This document shows, piece after piece, positions 32,140-37,013 of a stretch of 37,013 nucleotides of DNA. The position numbers were made by a program, and so were the translations under genes. Each line of letters starts with the position of its first letter. Within the stretch, counting starts at the first letter, position 1. Location: NCBI RefSeq assembly GCF_001194135.2, contig NC_068997.1, positions 34,367,840 through 34,404,852 of the forward strand, in the 5' to 3' direction. The notes beneath the pieces were generated by a model. The model saw only the letters and a list, made by a program, of their open reading frames with translations. It was not told where the DNA came from and ran no database searches. The DNA comes from Octopus bimaculoides. Lineage: Eukaryota.

Positions 32140-34722
32140 TGCTTGAAACTTTCAGATGTCGCAAAATAATAATGTTGTTGACGATGGTGATAAACGTTAC
32201 CTTACCTCAGTTTATGAGAGACAGGATTTTCCGAGGAAATTCTGATTGTAACAGCGAAAATGAAGCTGGACTTTCAAGGGAAGGCCTCTTGCTCGGTAGT
32301 GGTTCAGTAAAGATGCAGACTGATCACAGCTGCTGTCCTAATACAGCATCAGTAGGTAATAGAGCAAGGAGGAGGAAGTAGACCAGCGAAGAAAACAGGA
32401 TAATGATGCAGTACTACTTAGAAAGTGAACCTAAAAGAAAGTGCTATAGAAAACGGATGTTAACACTTTGGGTAGAGAAGGGAATATTTAAAGTGACTGA
32501 GCAAAGATTGGTTGATCAAGCTAATACTATTAGGAGAAGAAAGTGGATGACAGAATTGGAGGTACAAGAAATCACAAGAGAACTGGAAAACAAAGGCCAG
32601 GCAGTGGGAGAAAGAGAAACAACAACATAAAGGATACATCCCAAACCAAAGAAGAACCTAAAGAAAAAAGTAACAATAGCGCTACTAATAAGTAAGGGAC
32701 AGCTGGCACCAACGACTTAAGTGATTTAAGTGAAGAAGAGCAGAAGATTTTAGATGTGCTGCACGAAATAATGAGTAAAGAAGTAAGAAAATGTTTACCA
32801 GCATTAAAAGGCAACAACGGAATGCAGCTGCTAGAAATGATTAAGAAAGTAGATTCACTTATCAGCAGGATAGGTACTAAAAATATAAAAGTCACTAACT
32901 TATTGATTTATACAGGAGGTGTAGCAGTCACCAGAAACTTAGATATCTCACAAGGAAAAAATAAAAAAGAGCAGATGTGGAAATGGAGATTACAAAATAA
33001 AGTGAAGACTTTAAGACAAGATCTGAAGAGAATAGAAGCTTGGAAAACAAACAAGTTAGGAAACAGAAGATGCAAATCTTCCTTCGAGAAAAGATACTTA
33101 ATCAAAGAGGAATGATTTGGGACAGTAATAGAAGAGTTGAAGCAGCGTATCATAGCAGTAGCAGGAAAGCTCACCAGATATCTGAAAAGAATAAATCAGT
33201 ATCACAGTATAAATTATTTGAGACAGTTCAGAGGAGATTTTATAACCAAATAAATAGTGGAGAACGAAGTACTGAATACGAGAGACCTAATACAGAAGAA
33301 GCTAGAAAGTTCTGTCGTCATATTTGGGATAGGCCAGTCAATCATAATGGAGATGCAGTATGGTTAAACAAAGTGAGGGAAGAAGTAGTGAGTGAGAATC
33401 AGCCAGACCTAAGATTAACTAGTGCATTAAAAATTAAAGTGTTAGGAAAAATGCCGAATTAGAAAGGCCCTGGACCAGATTTAGTTCAAGGGTACTGGCT
33501 AAAGAAATTCAGTAGTTTACATGGGAGGCTGAGGGAACAACTTCGGGATTGCCTTAATGGAGGAATAACAGATTGAACGACTAGAGGGAGGGCAATATTC
33601 ATTATGAAAGATAAGAGCAAGGGCAATACAGCTGGCAACTATAGACCAATCACTTGCTTACCATTAGTGTGGAAGCTGTTAACAGCAATGCGTTCAGAAA
33701 AGTATTTATGAGCACTTGGACCGCTAGAATTTACTGCCAGAAGAACAGAAAGGTTGCAGGAAGAATGCTAGAGGAAGGCATGATCTATTATACATAGACA
33801 AAGCAGTTCTAAATGAAGTAAAAGCTAGAAAGATAAATTTAACAATAGTATGGATAGATTATAGGAAAGCCTATATCATGATCCCACTCTCATGGATAAG
33901 TCAATGTTTCTGTATATTCAGTATAGCAGACAACATAAAAGAATTAATTAGTCTTAGCATGAAGAAATGAAAAGTAGATCTCTACTCAAGTTACACAATC
34001 TAAGGGAAAGTTAATTGGAATTTTCCAAGCAAGCTCGTTATCCCCTTTAATATTTGTCTTATGTTTGCTCCCCCTCTGTTTAGTGTTAAGGAAGGCAAAG
34101 GTAGGGTATCAATTCAGAAATAGTAAGGGAGAAATTAGCCATTCGCACTACATGAAAAAAGGACAGATAGTTAACAGCGAAGGCATCCAATTACCACATG
34201 GCCAGACATTAAAATCATTAAAAGAAAGAGAGTTATAAGTTTCTATGGGTATTAGAATCTGACAGTACTAACAATAGAAATGAACACGAAAATGGAGAAG
34301 GACGAGGAAGGGTGAGGAAGGTAATGAAGGAAAATTGAGAAGGGTGAGGAAGTCAAAACTAAATGGCCCGAATCTAGTGAAGGCTTACTCTTCTACTCTT
34401 TTACTTGTTTCAGTCATTTGACTGCGGCCATGCTGGGGCACCGCCTTTAGTCGAGCAAATTGACCCAAGGACTTATTCTTTGTAAGCCTAGTACTTATTC
34501 TATCGGTCTCTTTTTGCCGAACCGCTAAGTTACGGGGACGTAAACACACCGGCNNNNNNNNNNNNNNNNNNNNNNNNNNNNNNNNNNNNNNNNNNNNNNN
34601 NNNNNNNNNNNNNNNNNNNNNNNNNNNNNNNNNNNNNNNNNNNNNNNNNNNNNNNNNNNNNNNNNNNNNNNNNNNNNNNNNNNNNNNNNNNNNNNNNNNN
34701 NNNNNNNNNNNNNNNNNNNNNN

Positions 34723-34769
<47 letters not shown>

Positions 34770-36092
34770 CATATATACAACGAGCTTCTTTCAGTTTCCG
34801 TCTACCAAATCCACTCACAAGGCTTTGGTCGGCCCGTGGCTATAGTGGAAGACACTTGCCCAAGGTGCCACACAGTGGGACTGAACCCGGAACCACGTGG
34901 TTGGTAAGCAAGCTGCTTACCACACAGCCACTCCTGCGCCGGCTGTAAATACTTTGGCAGTATCGTTACTTAGATACTCAGCAGCTTTTGTAGATTGGAC
35001 AAAAACTGAATTAGCAAAGCCAGGCCGAAGAGCCAGGAAGGAATTCAATATGAATGGAGGACTCCACACAAGGGCAGGAGTAGCAAGATTATACTTACCT
35101 AGAAAGGAAGGAGGAAGAGGGTTAATATCAGTAGAAGACTGCGTGGAGTTAGCTAGAGTAGTTATGGACTCCTATGTAGGTAATAGTGAAGAAAGTTCAT
35201 TAAGAGCTGCTAGAGTCACAGCAAAACATAGAGAAACCAAAAAATGAAGTTAAAAACCAGAAAAAAAGAACAAAAATTATCCGACTGGCAGGAGAAGTTT
35301 TTGCAAGGTAGATTCTCAAAGATAGTTGCAGCCAATAGTAGTAGTGAGATATGGTTATGGTTGCAGAAATAAAAGCTGAAAATAGAGAAAGTTTGTTAGT
35401 AGTAGCACAAGATCAAGCTTTAAGGACTAATTGGATAAAAGGTAAGATAGATAAAAACTAAGTAGATTCCCAATGTAGGTTATGCAAATCAAAAGAAAAA
35501 AGTGTTACTCATATAGTAAGTGAATGTAGCATGCTGGCACAGAAAGAATACAAGTCATGACAAGCCAAGGAGAGTAATACACTGGGAACTATGTAGAAAG
35601 CTAGGATTTGAACATACTGATAAATGGTATGAACGTGAACCTAGTTAAGTACTAGAAAGTAAGCAATATAAAATGTTGTGGGAGTTTAACATTCAAACTG
35701 ACAGAGTAATTGAACCAGAAGGCCTGATTTAGTAGAAGTAGATAAAGAAAATAAACTAGTTCTGTTGACGTACACAAATGATGAAAAAAATATGAGAGGT
35801 ATAGAAAAAATAACAAAGTACCAAGACCTAGACATTGAATTACAGAGACTATGGAAAGTGTGGGTAAAATGGATCCCATTAGTTATAGGTGCGTTAGGAA
35901 CTAGCCCTAAAGATTTGAGCAGATGGATAGAGGAAATAGGCATGAAACTCAGCTTAGTGCAGCTGCAGAAAACAATGTTATTAGGGACAGCTAGGATACT
36001 TAGGATGGTTCTTGACATCTAAGGTTACTTATTGTAGCCCAATGATAGGAATTTTTATTTTTCCAACAGTCTAATCTGCTGTGCGTATCTGG

Positions 36093-36182
<90 letters not shown>
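32140..36182 (+). mobile_element. Near-full-length decayed R4/Dong-like RLE LINE (family B), split by a SINE, with (AAT)n tail
   Basis: N-terminal EENRIMMQYY..EQRLVDQANTIRR, RT motifs NYRPITCLPLVWKLLT, EEQKGCRK, WIDYRKAY, then LYLPRKEGGRGL, zinc knuckle CRLCK..HIVSEC, RLE KYQDL..IPLVIGALG..ILRMVLDI*, 3' UTR and (AAT)n 36093-36182. The 5' boundary is approximate. Confidence 0.92.
34386..34940 (-). mobile_element. Full-length CORE-type tRNA SINE (family B) with internal microsatellite/gap; 4-bp TSD GGCT
   Basis: Head GGCGCAGGAGTGGCTGTGTGG (A-box) ... GGTTCAGTCCC (B-box), CORE-like GGCACCTTGGGCAAGTG, and tail CAGTCAAATGACTGAAACAAGTAAAAGAGTAG. GGCT occurs at 34382-34385 and 34941-34944. Confidence 0.9.
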
Positions 36183-36659
36183 GCCCGGATGCAGTACCAG
36201 GCAGTGGCTCTCATGGCTTTTGATCTTAACTGATTGGAAGTGTTATCATGTACATTGTTTTGTCTTGGTATAAAAAGATGGGCTACAGCAAATATTCTGC
36301 TCAATATCAGATTTGTTTGTCAGTTGTTTCACCTTAACCAGTTGAGCATGTCCCTTGGTGGCTGACAATATCTGCATCTCTGATAATGAGCAGAAGTAGT
36401 GGGGGAGCATCATAACCATGTGTTGAGAGGAATTCTTTGGGATTTGAATAATTCACCATTGGAGACACAGGTGTTTTGTTCAACATCATTAAACAAACCT
36501 TATTCAGGGACCTTTTGAGCGGGGTGGGCTACTCGACCTGAAGACAATTCTAACTGGGCCCCACCTGCGAGGTCATGCGCTGGTTATCTTGATATGAGAT
36601 CACCATCTCGCGCACATATGGTTGTGATGCATGTGCCTGGTGTACTCTTATCAGACGGG

Positions 36660-36660
<1 letters not shown>
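36183..36660. mobile_element. Unclassified ~480-bp non-coding insert bounded by (AAT)n on both sides
   Basis: Sharp boundaries at (AAT)n tracts, GC-richer than the flanks, no LINE protein motif, single copy in this window. Confidence 0.4.
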
Positions 36661-36692
<32 letters not shown>

Positions 36693-37013
36693 CAAGAATC
36701 TCAACGATTCTATGTGGTGAAAAGATTAGAAAAAGACAACACTCCCACAAAAAGCCTTCTTGGCAAGAACGCATTCAACACCAAATTAAGCTGCTTAGAT
36801 CTGACATAGAATGTTTGAAAAACCTTAAATTTGACAAGAGTATCAAACCTACAAAGACCCAAAAACTAAAGAAAAAATATAACATGAAAACCATAGTTGA
36901 CATTGATGCCACCATAGAAACCATCAAGCAAAAGGTATGTGCTAAAGCTGCCCGCATAGCAAGGTATGAAAAGCGTGTTAAATTCTTCCGAGATAATAAC
37001 ATGTTCAAAAATA
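36693..37013 (+). mobile_element. 5'-truncated copy of R4/Dong-like family A, starting right after (AAT)n and running off the window end
   Basis: Aligns base by base with about 11503-11790 (ATCTCAACGATTCTATGT...CATGTTCAAAAATA). Confidence 0.88.

Noticed and set aside
5550-34940. A-box/B-box segments as tRNA genes
   Set aside because: No cloverleaf, and each continues into a repeated SINE body.
36555-36590. ACC-TCGCA-GGT-GGGGCCC reminiscent of an HDV-like P3/P1
   Set aside because: Loop 3 lacks the CC needed for P1.1, and no complementary P1 strand is present upstream.
1-37013. CRISPR arrays, rRNA, prokaryotic operons
   Set aside because: No repeat-spacer periodicity or rRNA motifs; the sequence is eukaryotic repeat-rich DNA.

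Overview
AT-rich animal genomic DNA with about 11 N-gaps and dense (AT)n, (ATAC)n, (ATCT)n, (CA)n and (AAT)n microsatellites. The SINE and microsatellite spectrum suggests an octopod cephalopod (inference). No host protein-coding gene is confidently supported; two small + strand exon candidates lie at 20025-20142 and 20922-20965. The window is mostly decayed transposable elements: (1) RLE-type R4/Dong-like LINEs of several families, including two near-full-length copies at about 10620-13535 and 32140-36182; (2) Tx1/L1-like LINE pieces; (3) a GC-rich RTE LINE with a target-site duplication; (4) a zinc-finger LINE 3' end; (5) a Penelope GIY-YIG remnant and a Helitron helicase remnant; (6) a mariner MITE and three foldback MITEs; (7) tRNA-derived SINEs of at least two families. 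The most notable findings are: a ~175-bp non-coding dispersed repeat (15970-16146 and 27158-27330, minus strand) whose two-copy consensus rebuilds a complete type I hammerhead ribozyme (retrozyme/Penelope-terminus-like); an RLE LINE sitting inside a (CATA)n tetranucleotide tract; and a foldback MITE family with nested palindromes showing compensatory base changes. All alignments, translations and folds were done by eye.
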